DNA from: Bacillota bacterium
GTDB taxonomy: Bacteria > Bacillota > DTU014
Reading direction: 5' to 3'
Assembly (NCBI GenBank): GCA_012719595.1
Contig: JAAYAB010000034.1
Location: forward strand, 32,902 to 96,901
Length of the DNA: 64,000 bases
Below the pieces are notes generated by a model. The model was given only the letters and a program-made list of their open reading frames with translations. It was not told where the DNA came from and searched no databases. The number at the start of each line of letters is the position of its first letter. The first letter of the stretch is position 1. The position numbers and the translations under genes were made by a program. Positions 27,178-38,442 of this stretch are shown here, in pieces.

Positions 27178-28492
27178 ACTGCTCCCTCTGCGTCCTGTCG
27201 ACTATCGCTCCGCCGTCATAGACCACACGGCCCGACGCGATGACCGAAATGACCTTGCCCCGGCCGCGGGACCCCTCGAATGGAGTGTTCCTGGCCTTGG
27301 ACTCGAACAACCGGCTCTCGATCACTCTTTCGGCATCGACATCCACCAGAGTCAGATCCGCGACACTGCCGCGAGACAGCGAGCCGCGACCTGACAACCC
27401 GAGTATGCGGGCCGGGTTGGCACTCAGCTTCTGAGCCAGCTGTGAGAGCGAAAGCGCGCCGCTGCACACAAGATTGGTCAGACTCACGGTCAAGGTTGTC
27501 TCCAGGCCGATCACTCCGTCAGGAGCGTAGTCCAGCTCGACGTCTTTCTCCTCTTCCGTGTGCGGGGCATGATCGGATGCTATCGCGTCTATCGTGCCGT
27601 CTTGCAGGCCTTCAATGAGTGCTTGAATATCGTCGGGCGTCCGCAGCGGAGGCCTCATCTTGTAGTTGGCGTCGTATTTCTCCATCTCGTCGTCTGTCAG
27701 CGAGAAATGATGGGGTGTCACCTCGCACGTCACACGAACGCCTCTGGCCTTCGCCCGGCGGACCATGTCTACGGCGTCTCGCGTGCTGATATGAGCCACA
27801 TGAATCCTCGCTCCGAGCTTCTCAGCCATCATGACGTCTCTCGCCACGATGATCTCTTCTGCAAGGCGCGATATGCCTTTTAAGCCGAGCCGAGTGGAAT
27901 TGTAGCCCTCGTTCATCACTCCGTCCGCCGCCAGCGTCTCATCCTCACAGTGCACGATCATGGGGATATCATACATCCTCAGGTATTCCATGGCCCGCCT
28001 CATGATCTCTGAGTTCATCACCGTGTTGCCGTCGTCGGATATCGCGACCGCTCCGGCGTCCACCAGATCGCCGATCTCCGCAAGCTCCGCTCCCTGCCGC
28101 CCTTTTGTGATCGCTCCGACTACGACGACGTTGCAGTAGCCGAACCGCTCGGCTTTGCTTCTCACGAACTCGACGTGGGCTCTGTTGTCTATCGCCGGAT
28201 CCGTGTTCGGCATGGCCGCGACGGTCGTGAAGCCTCCTGCGGCAGCACTGCGCGTGCCGGTCTCAATCGTCTCCTTGTCCTCGAAGCCGGGCTCGCGCAA
28301 ATGAACGTGCATGTCGATGAGTCCAGGGAAAACCACGAGCCCGCTCGCATCGATCACGCGGTCAAACGCCGTCTCAGGCACTTCTCCCGACTCGACTGCC
28401 TCCACTCGGCCCCGGTCTATCACGACGTTGCGCACATCGTCGACTCCGCCGGCCGGATCCACTACTCGACCGCCCTTAACCAGCAGCTTCAT
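27167..28492 (-). CDS. pyrC: Dihydroorotase
   Basis: [14 protein letters not shown] and amidohydrolase His/Asp motifs. Confidence 0.9.
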   Translation of the reverse strand: MKLLVKGGRVVDPAGGVDDVRNVVIDRGRVEAVESGEVPETAFDRVIDASGLVVFPGLIDMHVHLREPGFEDKETIETGTRSAAAGGFTTVAAMPNTDPAIDNRAHVEFVRSKAERFGYCNVVVVGAITKGRQGAELAEIGDLVDAGAVAISDDGNTVMNSEIMRRAMEYLRMYDIPMIVHCEDETLAADGVMNEGYNSTRLGLKGISRLAEEIIVARDVMMAEKLGARIHVAHISTRDAVDMVRRAKARGVRVTCEVTPHHFSLTDDEMEKYDANYKMRPPLRTPDDIQALIEGLQDGTIDAIASDHAPHTEEEKDVELDYAPDGVIGLETTLTVSLTNLVCSGALSLSQLAQKLSANPARILGLSGRGSLSRGSVADLTLVDVDAERVIESRLFESKARNTPFEGSRGRGKVISVIASGRVVYDGGAIVDRTQREQYAC

Positions 28493-29417
28493 GTTGCCTT
28501 CCTCCTCCCGAGATCAAGTACAGGAGCGCCATCCTCACTGCTACGCCGTTGGTAACCTGTTCGGCTATAGCCGAGCGGTCGCAGGTTGCCACCTCCTGCG
28601 TGATCTCAATCCCGAGATTGGCTGGGCCCGGATGCAGCACCAGCACATCCTCCCTGGCCTTGGCCAGGCGGTGCCGGTTGAGCCCGTAGAGATTGATGTA
28701 CTCCCGCGTTGACGGGAACAAGCCCTTCTTCTGCCTCTCGAGCTGGATTCTCAACACGTTTATGGCATCCACATCGCGGATGGCTTCATCGAGGTTGTAT
28801 GACACCTTCACCCCGGTTTTCTCGATTTCGGGCGGGATCAACGTCGGCGGGCCGACCACAGTGACGCTGGCTCCCATCTTGGTGAGCCCCCAGATGTTCG
28901 ACTTCGCCACGCGGCTGTGCAGGATGTCGCCGACGATCAACACCTTGAGTCCCTCAATCCTGCCTTTCTTCTCTCTGATAGTGTATAGGTCCAGCAGAGC
29001 TTGAGTAGGGTGCTCGTGAGCCCCGTCACCTGCATTGACCACTGCTGCGTCGACTGATCTTGCCAGGAAATGAGGTGCACCTGCGGCCCTGTGTCTCATC
29101 ACGATGATATTGGCACCAAGCGACTCAAGCGTTCTCACAGTGTCTTTCAGGCTTTCGCCCTTCACCACCGAGCTCGAGGATGCGGCGATGTTGATGACGT
29201 CCGCACTCATCCATTTCCCAGCCAGCTCGAATGATGTTCGAGTGCGGGTGCTGGGTTCGTAAAAGAGGTTCACCATTGTCTTTCCACGCAGCGTGGGAAG
29301 CTTGCGTATGTCTCTGGTGAAGATCTGCTTGCACGGCTCCGCCGTATCGAGGATCAGCTCTATCTCCTCTCTCGTCAGATCCTCGAGTCCAAGCAAATCC
29401 TTTCGTCTGAGGGCCAT
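28476..29417 (-). CDS. pyrB: Aspartate carbamoyltransferase catalytic subunit
   Basis: STRTR and HPTQ motifs. Confidence 0.9.
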   Translation of the reverse strand: MALRRKDLLGLEDLTREEIELILDTAEPCKQIFTRDIRKLPTLRGKTMVNLFYEPSTRTRTSFELAGKWMSADVINIAASSSSVVKGESLKDTVRTLESLGANIIVMRHRAAGAPHFLARSVDAAVVNAGDGAHEHPTQALLDLYTIREKKGRIEGLKVLIVGDILHSRVAKSNIWGLTKMGASVTVVGPPTLIPPEIEKTGVKVSYNLDEAIRDVDAINVLRIQLERQKKGLFPSTREYINLYGLNRHRLAKAREDVLVLHPGPANLGIEITQEVATCDRSAIAEQVTNGVAVRMALLYLISGGGRQHEAAG

Positions 29418-29498
29418 CAGTTCACCATCCCTTCTTCGGCTGCGGGGCGCGCCGGACCCCTCGAAGCAATGCGAGAAGCCCGGCGCGCTTGGATCACG

Positions 29499-30824
29499 TT
29501 ACTCTGCTGAAGCAGCAGCCTGCCCGAGCTTGTCCTGCTTGTCTTTGGAAGCCCCGTTGACCTCGATGTCTCTGGGAAGAACGAGGTTGAGTATTATGCC
29601 GACCAAAGTCGCGAGGGCGACTCCCTCAAGTTTGAACTCAAGAGCTTCGCTTATTGGGAAGAGCAGCTTGCCTCCGCCGATGCCTATTACCAGGATCACG
29701 GACGAGATGATGAGGTTCCGCTTGCGGCTGTAGTCTATGCCACTCTCCACGAGCGTCCGGATGCCGCTGGCTGCTATTACCCCAAACAGCATCATCGAGA
29801 TCCCGCCCATGACTGGTGTCGGAATGGTCTGGAGCAGGGCTCCGAACTTCTGTATCAGCGACAGCACTACCGCCATCACGGCAGCGCCGCCGATGACCCA
29901 GACGCTGTATACTCTTGAGATGGCCATGACGCCGATGTTCTCTCCGTAGGTGGTATTCGGAGGGCCTCCGAACAGCGCAGCCAGTGAAGTGGCGATCCCA
30001 TCTCCTGCAAGCGTCCTGTGCAGTCCCGGATCCTTGTAGAAGTCGCGGCCGACCACTCTGCTGGTCACCAGGGTGTCGCCCAGGTGTTCAGCTATCGTGG
30101 CGAACGACACCAGTGCAAATGTGGCGATCGGGACCAGTGCGAACTTCGGCAATGCAAACTTCGCGAAGCCAAACCAGTTTGCCGAAGACACGACACCGAA
30201 ATCGATCAGCGCATGGCTCGGCCAGATCCATCCCACGACCAGCGTGAAGACGTATCCCCCGATTATCCCGAGCAGGACCGGTATTACCGTGAAGAACCCC
30301 TTCAGCAACACAGCGCATATGATCGCGATCGCAAGAGTCACCACCGCAACCAGCACGTAGTATCCGTTGTAGCCGGTTGCGTCATTCATTGCCATATCCA
30401 TCGCGACCGGCGCGAGGTTCAGACCTATGGTCACGATGACGGAACCGATGACCACGGGCGGCAAGAACCTGTCCATCCAACCCAGTCCGAACGCCCTGAT
30501 GATCCCGCCGATGAGCAAGTACACGAAACCGACGGCGAAAGCTCCGCCCAGGGCATACTCAATGCCGTAGTTCGCCGAAATTGCGATGAGCGGAGGAATG
30601 AACGCGAACGACGAGCCGAGATAGGCGGGAACCTTGCCCTGCGTGATCAAGATGTACACCAGGGTCCCAAAGCCGGAAGTGAACAGGGCTGCCGAAGGAC
30701 TCATGTGCGTCAGCAGGGGCACCAGCACAGTGGCTCCGAACATTGCAAAGACGTGCTGAATACTGAGAGGAACCCACTGGCCAATTGGGGGCTTGTCATG
30801 GACATCGAATCTTACGTTACTCAT
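29499..30824 (-). CDS. pyrP: Uracil permease (NCS2 family)
   Basis: Twelve-TM NCS2 permease. ATG follows AGGAGGG. Confidence 0.85.
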   Translation of the reverse strand: MSNVRFDVHDKPPIGQWVPLSIQHVFAMFGATVLVPLLTHMSPSAALFTSGFGTLVYILITQGKVPAYLGSSFAFIPPLIAISANYGIEYALGGAFAVGFVYLLIGGIIRAFGLGWMDRFLPPVVIGSVIVTIGLNLAPVAMDMAMNDATGYNGYYVLVAVVTLAIAIICAVLLKGFFTVIPVLLGIIGGYVFTLVVGWIWPSHALIDFGVVSSANWFGFAKFALPKFALVPIATFALVSFATIAEHLGDTLVTSRVVGRDFYKDPGLHRTLAGDGIATSLAALFGGPPNTTYGENIGVMAISRVYSVWVIGGAAVMAVVLSLIQKFGALLQTIPTPVMGGISMMLFGVIAASGIRTLVESGIDYSRKRNLIISSVILVIGIGGGKLLFPISEALEFKLEGVALATLVGIILNLVLPRDIEVNGASKDKQDKLGQAAASAE

Positions 30825-30872
30825 CAATATCCCTCCTAATTGAGTGCTATCGGGCTTGCCGACTTGATATAT

Positions 30873-30913
30873 GAAAACCTCCTCACCAACCCACGCGGGC
30901 CAGCAAGGAGGTC
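30873..30913 (-). terminator. Attenuator terminator of the pyrR-pyrP intercistronic PyrR switch
   Basis: Minus strand ACCUCCU...AGGAGGU stem followed by UUUUCAU, downstream of binding loop 2. Confidence 0.5.
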
Positions 30914-30936
30914 CCTTCAGCTTCTCTTCCCTTGCC

Positions 30937-30950
30937 AGCCTCTCTGGACT
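30937..30950 (-). promoter_or_regulatory. PyrR binding loop (AGUCCAGAGAGGCU), attenuator 2
   Basis: Exact match to the conserved PyrR RNA-binding motif (UCCAGAGAGGCU) on the transcribed strand between pyrR and pyrP. Confidence 0.75.
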
Positions 30951-30981
30951 GATTTAAAGGGGGGTTGTGGACTGCTCTTCT

Positions 30982-31632
<651 letters not shown>

Positions 31633-31692
31633 CTAGTGCCACCCGGACACCATCGACGAGGGTTGACCGGGATTCGGATCGGATTCCTTTCC

Positions 31693-31706
31693 AGCCTCTC
31701 TGGACT
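31693..31706 (-). promoter_or_regulatory. PyrR binding loop (AGUCCAGAGAGGCU), leader attenuator 1
   Basis: UUUAAGCCAGUCCAGAGAGGCUGGAAAGG matches the B. subtilis BL1 consensus. Confidence 0.75.
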
Positions 31707-31739
31707 GGCTTAAAGGTGCGCATCGATCTTTTGATGTTT

Positions 31740-31768
31740 ATTATATCAATGCGCCGCCTCCGGGTCAA
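31740..31768 (-). promoter_or_regulatory. pyr operon sigma-A promoter
   Basis: Minus strand reads TTGACC, a 17-nt spacer, then TGATATAAT (extended -10). Overlaps the 3' end of rluD. Confidence 0.55.
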
Positions 31769-32781
31769 CGAGCATCATGGTTGATGAGGCTCGTTCTGCT
31801 CGTCCAATTCAAGCGGGACAGGATTTCGCGCATATCCACGGGCATGTCCGCGTCAAATGACATTCGTTCTCCCGACCGAGGGTGATTGAACTCCAGATGG
31901 CTCGAGTGCAGCGCCTGCCCGCGGATGTCGAAAGTGTGCTTGCGCTTGGAGTAGACCGGATCGCCCACTATCGGATGCCCTATGTAGGACATATGAACGC
32001 GTATCTGGTGCGTGCGGCCGGTGTCCAGTCTGCATCTGACCAGCGTATATCCGTCGGCGCGGCCCAGCACTTCGAAGTGGGTAATCGCCGGCCTTCCGCC
32101 CCTGTCAACCACAGCCATCCGCTTGCGATGAACAGGATGCCTCCCTATCGGAGCTTCGATTCGGCCTGAGTCGGTTGCGACAGTCCCGTGCACAATGGCG
32201 ATGTACTCGCGTCTGGCCGTGCGCGACCGTATCTGGTCTGCGAGCGAGGCATATGATTCGTCATCCTTGGCCACGACCATCAGGCCTGAGGTGTCTTTGT
32301 CCAGCCTATGCACGATCCCGGGCCTCTGGACTCCTCCTATGCCTGCGAGATCGGTACAGTGGTTGAGCAACGCGTTCACCAGCGTCCCGCTGCGATTGCC
32401 CGGCGCCGGGTGAACCACAAGGCCCCGAGGCTTGTTGACCACGATCACGCTCGAGTCCTCGTAGACGATATCCAGGGGAATCTCCTCAGGAGAGACTCCG
32501 GCAGGTTCAGGAGGGGGTATTCGAATCTCGATGACATCGCCGGCACGGACTTCGTACGACGGCTTGGGGGACCGGACGGAGCCGCCTGACATCACTCGGA
32601 CATGGCCGCGCTCGATCAACCGCCTTGCCTGGGACCGGCTCATCTCGCGCACATTGCCAGATATGTACGAATCGATCCTCAATCCCGCATCCGGTGCCGC
32701 CGCACACAGCCGGACTAGCTCAGCCGACGTGTCGTTCGCAGCCGCCGAGGCCTCATTGTCCTTACGACGCCCTGCTGCCAA
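31765..32781 (-). CDS. rluD: 23S rRNA pseudouridine synthase (RluA family, S4 domain)
   Basis: HRLDKDTSGLMVVAKD catalytic motif and S4 domain. Synteny lspA-rluD-pyrR. Confidence 0.85.
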   Translation of the reverse strand: MAAGRRKDNEASAAANDTSAELVRLCAAAPDAGLRIDSYISGNVREMSRSQARRLIERGHVRVMSGGSVRSPKPSYEVRAGDVIEIRIPPPEPAGVSPEEIPLDIVYEDSSVIVVNKPRGLVVHPAPGNRSGTLVNALLNHCTDLAGIGGVQRPGIVHRLDKDTSGLMVVAKDDESYASLADQIRSRTARREYIAIVHGTVATDSGRIEAPIGRHPVHRKRMAVVDRGGRPAITHFEVLGRADGYTLVRCRLDTGRTHQIRVHMSYIGHPIVGDPVYSKRKHTFDIRGQALHSSHLEFNHPRSGERMSFDADMPVDMREILSRLNWTSRTSLINHDAR

Positions 32782-33535
32782 TTTGAGCTCCTCCTACCTC
32801 GCGAAAACGCCTTGAAAGGACCGCTATTAGTATGAACGTGACCGCTCCGACCCCGAGAGACACAAACTGCGCAAGAGTCAATCCGAGGGCCAGGCGTTCC
32901 CCGTCACGAACGAACTCTACAAGGAACCTCATTATGGAGTAGAGTGCGACGTACTGGAACATCAGCATGCCTTTGAACCCCGTATGGTTCCTTCGCGAGA
33001 GCAGGTAAAGGAACAGAAGCAGGCTGAGTGCGAACGAGTAAAGCTGAGTTGGGTGCCTGGGGATGTCATCAAACTCGGACACGGGAAAAGCCCAAGGCAG
33101 GCCAGAAGGGACACCGTAGCAGCATCCTCTGAGAAAGCACCCGATCCGCACGATTGCGTAGCCGAGCGCAACGTATGGCGCTACTATGTCCGCCATCTGC
33201 CAGCGGTCGATGCCCCGGATTCGGCAATAGACTATCCCAGACAGGATTCCTGCGGCTAGTCCTCCATGGAATGACAGGCCTCCATCAGTCAGGCGAAGGA
33301 TCTGCTCAGGCGCGTTCATGTACCAGGAGGCGTTCAACAGAACGAATACCAGGCGAGACCCGACTACAGACGATACGCACGCCAGTATGCCCAAATCCAA
33401 CACATAGCCAGGATCAATGGAGTATCGGCGGACTTCGCGAGTGACTGCGAGCGTGGCGACGGCGAATGCCACTGCCAGCGCAAAGCCATATGAGTACACA
33501 CTTACTCCGAAAATGTTGAACAACTCTGGTCGCAT
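32762..33535 (-). CDS. lgt: Prolipoprotein diacylglyceryl transferase
   Basis: HPTQLY Lgt signature in a polytopic membrane protein. Confidence 0.85.
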   Translation of the reverse strand: MRPELFNIFGVSVYSYGFALAVAFAVATLAVTREVRRYSIDPGYVLDLGILACVSSVVGSRLVFVLLNASWYMNAPEQILRLTDGGLSFHGGLAAGILSGIVYCRIRGIDRWQMADIVAPYVALGYAIVRIGCFLRGCCYGVPSGLPWAFPVSEFDDIPRHPTQLYSFALSLLLFLYLLSRRNHTGFKGMLMFQYVALYSIMRFLVEFVRDGERLALGLTLAQFVSLGVGAVTFILIAVLSRRFREVGGAQIGSRAS

Positions 33536-33663
33536 GAGCAGCCTCCTCTGCCGATCCGCGGGATCCCAGCCCCAACCCGTCGGCTCACAGCTCCCACCTT
33601 GCGCTTCCGCAGTTCACAATCCATGGTCATTGCAGTTCGCAGCCCATATTGCTATCGAGGCCC

Positions 33664-34170
33664 TTAATCCGTATGGCCGTCACAGACTCCTGTTGAGCTG
33701 TCTGTCTGCCTCATGCCGGACACTGCCGTCCACGCCAGCAGGACTACGCCCGCCAGTATGAACGAATCCGCAGCGTTGAACACCGGCCAGAACCCCACGT
33801 CGATGAAGTCCACTACGGCTCTTCTGGCGAGCCGATCGATGAGATTTCCGAAGCTGCCCGATCCAAGAAAGACCAGTCCCCAAGGAGACCTGACCGCCGA
33901 CGAGTCGCACCGCCACCACAGGGCAACCGCGCAGAGAAGGCCGATGCCGAGCAGGCCAAGCCCCACCGGTGAACCCTGGAATATCCCAAACGCGCCGCCT
34001 TCGTTTCTCACGTGGGTGATGACGAGAGGGCCGATCACCTTGATGCGGCTGCCTACAGGCACGAGCCTCTCCACAAGGTACTTCGTGATCTGATCCAGTA
34101 AGATACACGAGGCCAGCGTCACAAGATAGCATACATGGCGAATCGGCCTGGCGGATCTGCTAGATACCAT
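33664..34170 (-). CDS. lspA: Lipoprotein signal peptidase II
   Basis: LLDQITKYLV, FNAADSFI motifs. ATG at 34170 follows GAGGAG. Confidence 0.85.
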   Translation of the reverse strand: MVSSRSARPIRHVCYLVTLASCILLDQITKYLVERLVPVGSRIKVIGPLVITHVRNEGGAFGIFQGSPVGLGLLGIGLLCAVALWWRCDSSAVRSPWGLVFLGSGSFGNLIDRLARRAVVDFIDVGFWPVFNAADSFILAGVVLLAWTAVSGMRQTDSSTGVCDGHTD

Positions 34171-34768
34171 CGTACTCCTCATCTGCCGCACTATCAGTTC
34201 CCTCGACCGCCCGTGTGTCCTCCTCGGAATCGACAGCGACTATGCCTGGCATGTCCTGACGAGTTCCTGACGTGCCGTACTCGGCGACGTCCTGCCACAC
34301 GTCCTCTCCGTCTGTCCCTACGGAGTCGCCCTCGCTGAACAGCCTGGCGAACAGATCGCGTATCAGGCCCTCCTCGGGCGGGCGCGGATGACTGACCATT
34401 TCTGCCTCCTGGGCTTCGCGACATTCCTTACAGAGAAGTGTGAAAGGAATTGCTTCCAGTCTCTCCGCGGGAATCTCACGCCCGCACTTCTCGCACAGCC
34501 CGTACGTCCCGTCGTCCATCTTGGCGATCACGCCGTCGATCATCGACAGGATCCTCCGCCGACTGTCGATCAGGCCGACTTGCTGCTCTCTGTGATAGGT
34601 CTCCGAGGCCGAGTCGGCAGGATGGTTGTCGTAGGCAGACAGTTCCCCAGACCATTCCGACTGAGAGCTGCCCATCATCCCCGCTTCCATCTCAGCCAGC
34701 TGGCTCCTCACGCGATGCCTGAGAGCCGTCAGCTTGCGCCTGAGCATTCTCACAAGACGTTCGTCCAA
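34160..34768 (-). CDS. TraR/DksA-family C4 zinc-finger protein (YlyA/YteA-like)
   Basis: CEKCGREIPAERLEAIPFTLLCKEC. Sits at the ylyA position relative to lspA. Confidence 0.7.
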   Translation of the reverse strand: MDERLVRMLRRKLTALRHRVRSQLAEMEAGMMGSSQSEWSGELSAYDNHPADSASETYHREQQVGLIDSRRRILSMIDGVIAKMDDGTYGLCEKCGREIPAERLEAIPFTLLCKECREAQEAEMVSHPRPPEEGLIRDLFARLFSEGDSVGTDGEDVWQDVAEYGTSGTRQDMPGIVAVDSEEDTRAVEGTDSAADEEYDGI

Positions 34769-34868
34769 GGTACCACTTCCCTCCGTGGTCTCTTAGGCTT
34801 ACACTGCACCGGCCGTCGAGCCTTGACAGACTGACCGCTCTCTAGGCTTCTGCGAGCGGTTCTGCCTC

Positions 34869-35198
34869 TTACCTGAGTGTCTCGAGCGTCTTGAGATTCC
34901 GCTGCACTAGATCTACGACTTCGGCAATCACTCGGCTGATGAGAGGAAGATTGAGCCTGACCACCAAGGTGAGCAGGTAGAACACCAGGGCGAAGAGAAG
35001 CGTCGTGCCAATCGCTATCCCCAGCCCTCTGGCCAGTCCTCCTATGAAGCTGACGTAGATCACTCTGCTCGGTCGCTTGTAGAACTCAACAAACTCAGCT
35101 ATGTCAGCCCTCTCTAGCCGCTCGGCGAGGGTCGCGATCTTGTCTGAGAGCCTGCAAGCTCCCTCTTCTTTCTCCCGATGATTCACTGAGCAATACAC
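34869..35198 (-). CDS. Hypothetical small membrane protein
   Basis: ORF with a C-terminal hydrophobic segment (IGTTLLFALVFYLLTLVV). No recognisable family. Confidence 0.4.
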   Translation of the reverse strand: MYCSVNHREKEEGACRLSDKIATLAERLERADIAEFVEFYKRPSRVIYVSFIGGLARGLGIAIGTTLLFALVFYLLTLVVRLNLPLISRVIAEVVDLVQRNLKTLETLR

Positions 35199-35262
35199 CT
35201 TTGCCGTGCAGTATCACGAGCCCAGGTGTAGTGTTCCCACAAAGCCGCAGCAGTACCGACTC

Positions 35263-36105
35263 TCAAACCAGTTTTTTCAGACGGATGCGGAAACGTCCCT
35301 TCTTGGTCTCGCCGATAACCTCCTCCAGCACCACTCGTCCTCGCCCGCGCATCGAAATGACGTCGCCGCAAGAGACCTGGAGATCGGGCTTCTCGACCTC
35401 GTCCCAGTTGAGCTTGACCTGGCGGGCCCTAATCTGTTCCGCCATCCTCGTCCTGGATGTCGCGTAACCCGCGGCCGCCACGGAATCGAGCCGCAGCGAT
35501 GCCACGGTGCGCTCGATCTCATGCACCTGCTCAGGAACCACATCCACCCTGTCAGGGTCTATCGATCGAGCAGCCGCCCGATACCTTCCGACTCTGGTCA
35601 ACGCCTTCTCGACAAACTCCTGGACTTCGGCGTCCACAAAGACCTGGCCGCGGTCATCGAGCGCGACGATGTCGCCGAACCTGTCTCGATCGAGCCCCAG
35701 GGAGAGAACGGCTCTTAGGTAGTCCTCTTGCGACAGTGGCTCGCCGTCTGACTGGGGAATGATCTCCACGGCCCCTATCCGGAAGTCCAAATACTCGTTG
35801 ATGAAGTACGACGGCATGATGATAGCGCGTTTGCGCTCAGCGCCTCTGTAGCCGCCAGACATGACATATCTCACGTCAGGAGTGCAGTGCAGCACCTGAC
35901 GCAGCACTTCCTGCTGCGCAGGATCAAGGAATCCAGTGATCTGAGGATCGGCAGTCTGCAAGGTCTGGCGGACCAGTTCAGCGACTCTGGACGCCATCAT
36001 CCGGTCTGCGTCGGCTGAGAACAGCTCTTCTATCCTCACTCCACTCAAGATGTCGACCAAACCCATTCCTCCAGTGTGACAAAGATGCCCAATGAAAGCT
36101 CGCAT
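35263..36105 (-). CDS. ylmH: YlmH-like RNA-binding S4-domain protein
   Basis: C-terminal S4 domain. Sits at the ylmH position. Confidence 0.7.
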   Translation of the reverse strand: MRAFIGHLCHTGGMGLVDILSGVRIEELFSADADRMMASRVAELVRQTLQTADPQITGFLDPAQQEVLRQVLHCTPDVRYVMSGGYRGAERKRAIIMPSYFINEYLDFRIGAVEIIPQSDGEPLSQEDYLRAVLSLGLDRDRFGDIVALDDRGQVFVDAEVQEFVEKALTRVGRYRAAARSIDPDRVDVVPEQVHEIERTVASLRLDSVAAAGYATSRTRMAEQIRARQVKLNWDEVEKPDLQVSCGDVISMRGRGRVVLEEVIGETKKGRFRIRLKKLV

Positions 36106-36109
36106 CTAG

Positions 36110-36376
36110 CTAGAGCCCGAACAGTATTCTGTAGAGGAGAGTCTCCACCAGCCTAATGAGCAGGAATGCGATCAGCGGCGAGAAATCGATCGGACCCATG
36201 AGTGCGGGTATAAGCTCCCGGATCCGCCTCAGAACAGGCTCGGTGGCCCTGTATATGAAGTCTGTCAGGGCATTGCGGTCCATGCTCACCCACGACAGCA
36301 CGACCCTTGCCAACAGGAGTATTTCGTATACTTTAAGTGCGAGGCTGATGACTCGCCACAGTTCATACCTAATCAT
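36110..36376 (-). CDS. ylmG: YggT-family membrane protein
   Basis: 88-aa two-TM YggT-like protein downstream of proC/sepF. Confidence 0.7.
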   Translation of the reverse strand: MIRYELWRVISLALKVYEILLLARVVLSWVSMDRNALTDFIYRATEPVLRRIRELIPALMGPIDFSPLIAFLLIRLVETLLYRILFGL

Positions 36377-36393
36377 CCAGTTGACTCCCCCAC

Positions 36394-37209
36394 CTATTGA
36401 TCTGTCCCCGACAGCTCCTTGCTGCGGCGGACTGCGGCCGAGACTGCGTCCAACACTGCCGAGCGGAACCCCGCTTTCTCGAGTACTGACAGACCTGCTG
36501 CGGTAGTTCCGGCCGGCGATGTCACTGCGGCTTTGAGAACCGACGGGTGCTCACCCGTCTCCTTCACCATCATCCCAGAACCGAGCGTAGTCAGATAGGC
36601 CAGTTTCAAGGCTGTTTCTCTCGGCAGACCGTTGAGAACACCGGCCTCAGCCAACGACTCGATGAACAGGTAGCAGTACGCGGGCCCGCTGCCGCTCAGC
36701 CCGGTCACCGCATCCATCGCAGACTCGTCGACGTTGATGACTTCTCCCAAGGAGCCGAACAATATACCGGCCAACTCGATGTCCTCACTCGTCGCATGCC
36801 TGCCTCTGCACACTGCTGTGACGCCTGCGCCTATCAGCCCGGGCGTATTCGGCATGGCCCTCACGACACGAGCGGCAAACGGCAGCCAGGATTCTATCGC
36901 CCGAGTGGAAACACCTGCAGCAACCGACACCACCAGCTGGTCATTGCGCAGGACACTCCTGAGATCGTCGATCACGGTGCGCAGTATCTGAGGCTTCACA
37001 GCGAACAGCACCACCGACGAGTTCGAGACCACTTCGCGGTTCGACTCAGTCGTATGCACGCACAGAGAGCTTCGGATTGGTTCGAGCTTGCGGGAGTCCG
37101 CGTCGCTGACGTGCAGTCTTTCAGCATGACAAATACCGCGATTGACAAGAGCGGACGCAATCGCCCCACCCATCGCGCCTGCACCGATGATCCCCACGTG
37201 GACGTCCAT
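36394..37209 (-). CDS. proC: Pyrroline-5-carboxylate reductase
   Basis: GIIGAGAMGGAI Rossmann motif and ProC C-terminal domain. Confidence 0.85.
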   Translation of the reverse strand: MDVHVGIIGAGAMGGAIASALVNRGICHAERLHVSDADSRKLEPIRSSLCVHTTESNREVVSNSSVVLFAVKPQILRTVIDDLRSVLRNDQLVVSVAAGVSTRAIESWLPFAARVVRAMPNTPGLIGAGVTAVCRGRHATSEDIELAGILFGSLGEVINVDESAMDAVTGLSGSGPAYCYLFIESLAEAGVLNGLPRETALKLAYLTTLGSGMMVKETGEHPSVLKAAVTSPAGTTAAGLSVLEKAGFRSAVLDAVSAAVRRSKELSGTDQ

Positions 37210-37307
37210 TCATCGCACCCCCATCGCGCACCGCGTTTCAGCGGTGTCCTCCACTCTACAGCCCTCCGGCGCTGTCCCGTACGTCGCCTTTTTGCAATGC
37301 CTTCGTC

Positions 37308-37724
37308 CTACCGCCCCTTGACGGCCTCCTCGCCGACGATCTCGTAGTTGTCCGGCGTGAACAGGAATACGCCGTCAGTGATCTTCTGCATGTGACCGGA
37401 CATCGCATACGTGCTTCCCATGGCGAAGTCAAGTATCCTCCGAGCTATCGACGGGTCGCACTCTTTGACATTCACTATGACCGGCCGTCTCCGCCTCAGG
37501 TGGTCGCATATGCGCCGCACTTCGCCGAAGCCCTTTGGTTCGACGATCATGAGTCTTGCGTTGCTCGAAGAGCGCAGGGTGACGACCTTGTCGCCGAACT
37601 GAGCTTCGACGGTCTCCATCGCCCGGATGTCGCGTTCGACCATTTCCTCCTCGGGATCCATGCCGATATCGAGTCCCATAAGTGCTAATATGCGGTCGAT
37701 TACACTCCGCCTCACCGCAAGCAC
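37308..37724 (-). CDS. sepF: Cell division protein SepF
   Basis: 138-aa SepF domain (MIVEPKGFGEVRRICDHLRRRRPVIVNV). Confidence 0.85.
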   Translation of the reverse strand: MLAVRRSVIDRILALMGLDIGMDPEEEMVERDIRAMETVEAQFGDKVVTLRSSSNARLMIVEPKGFGEVRRICDHLRRRRPVIVNVKECDPSIARRILDFAMGSTYAMSGHMQKITDGVFLFTPDNYEIVGEEAVKGR

Positions 37725-38416
37725 TACCCCCTCTGGCCGAACAGAGCAGAGCCGATCCTCACCATCGTGGCGCCCTCCTCGATTGCGACCTCGAAGTCCC
37801 CGCTCATTCCCATCGACAAGACGTCCATACTCACTCTAGGCAAGCCGAGCTCGCTAACCCTGTCAGCCAGTTCCCGAAGCTTGCGGAAGATCGGTCGTAC
37901 GCTTTCAGGGTCACTTGTGTACGGCGCGATGGTCATCAGCCCTCGGATCTCCAGACAGCTGTGTTCTGCTATTTCACGGATATCCGACACAGCAGACTCG
38001 AATGTGATGCCGTGCTTGGTCTCCTCGCCGGAGACGTTCACCTGAATCAGGCACGGTACCACGATTCCCTCTCTCTCAGCGCGACACTGAACGGCTGCCG
38101 CCAGGCGCTTGCTGTCAATCGAGTGGATCAGGCTGAAGAGTCGAAGAGCCTTGTTTATCTTGTTCGTCTGCAGGGAACCTATGAGATGCCAGGTCGCTGC
38201 ACATGGTCCGAGCGCGGCGATCTTCTGTTCAGCTTCCTGCACTCTGTTTTCTCCGACCTGGCTGATGCCGAGCTCGATGGCCTCACGAATGCGATCGACG
38301 GGGACGTTCTTTGTGACAGCGACCAGCGTGATGTCCTGTGGAGTCCTGCCTGCCGACTCGGCGGCACGCTCGATCCTCTTCCTCACAGCCTCGACGCGCT
38401 CAGACAGTGACGGCAA
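37724..38416 (-). CDS. ylmE: YggS-family PLP homeostasis protein
   Basis: TIM-barrel PLP-binding YggS family (LIGSLQTNK). Confidence 0.85.
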   Translation of the reverse strand: MPSLSERVEAVRKRIERAAESAGRTPQDITLVAVTKNVPVDRIREAIELGISQVGENRVQEAEQKIAALGPCAATWHLIGSLQTNKINKALRLFSLIHSIDSKRLAAAVQCRAEREGIVVPCLIQVNVSGEETKHGITFESAVSDIREIAEHSCLEIRGLMTIAPYTSDPESVRPIFRKLRELADRVSELGLPRVSMDVLSMGMSGDFEVAIEEGATMVRIGSALFGQRG

Positions 38417-38442
38417 ATCCTATCACCTCGTCTTCAGTCCTA

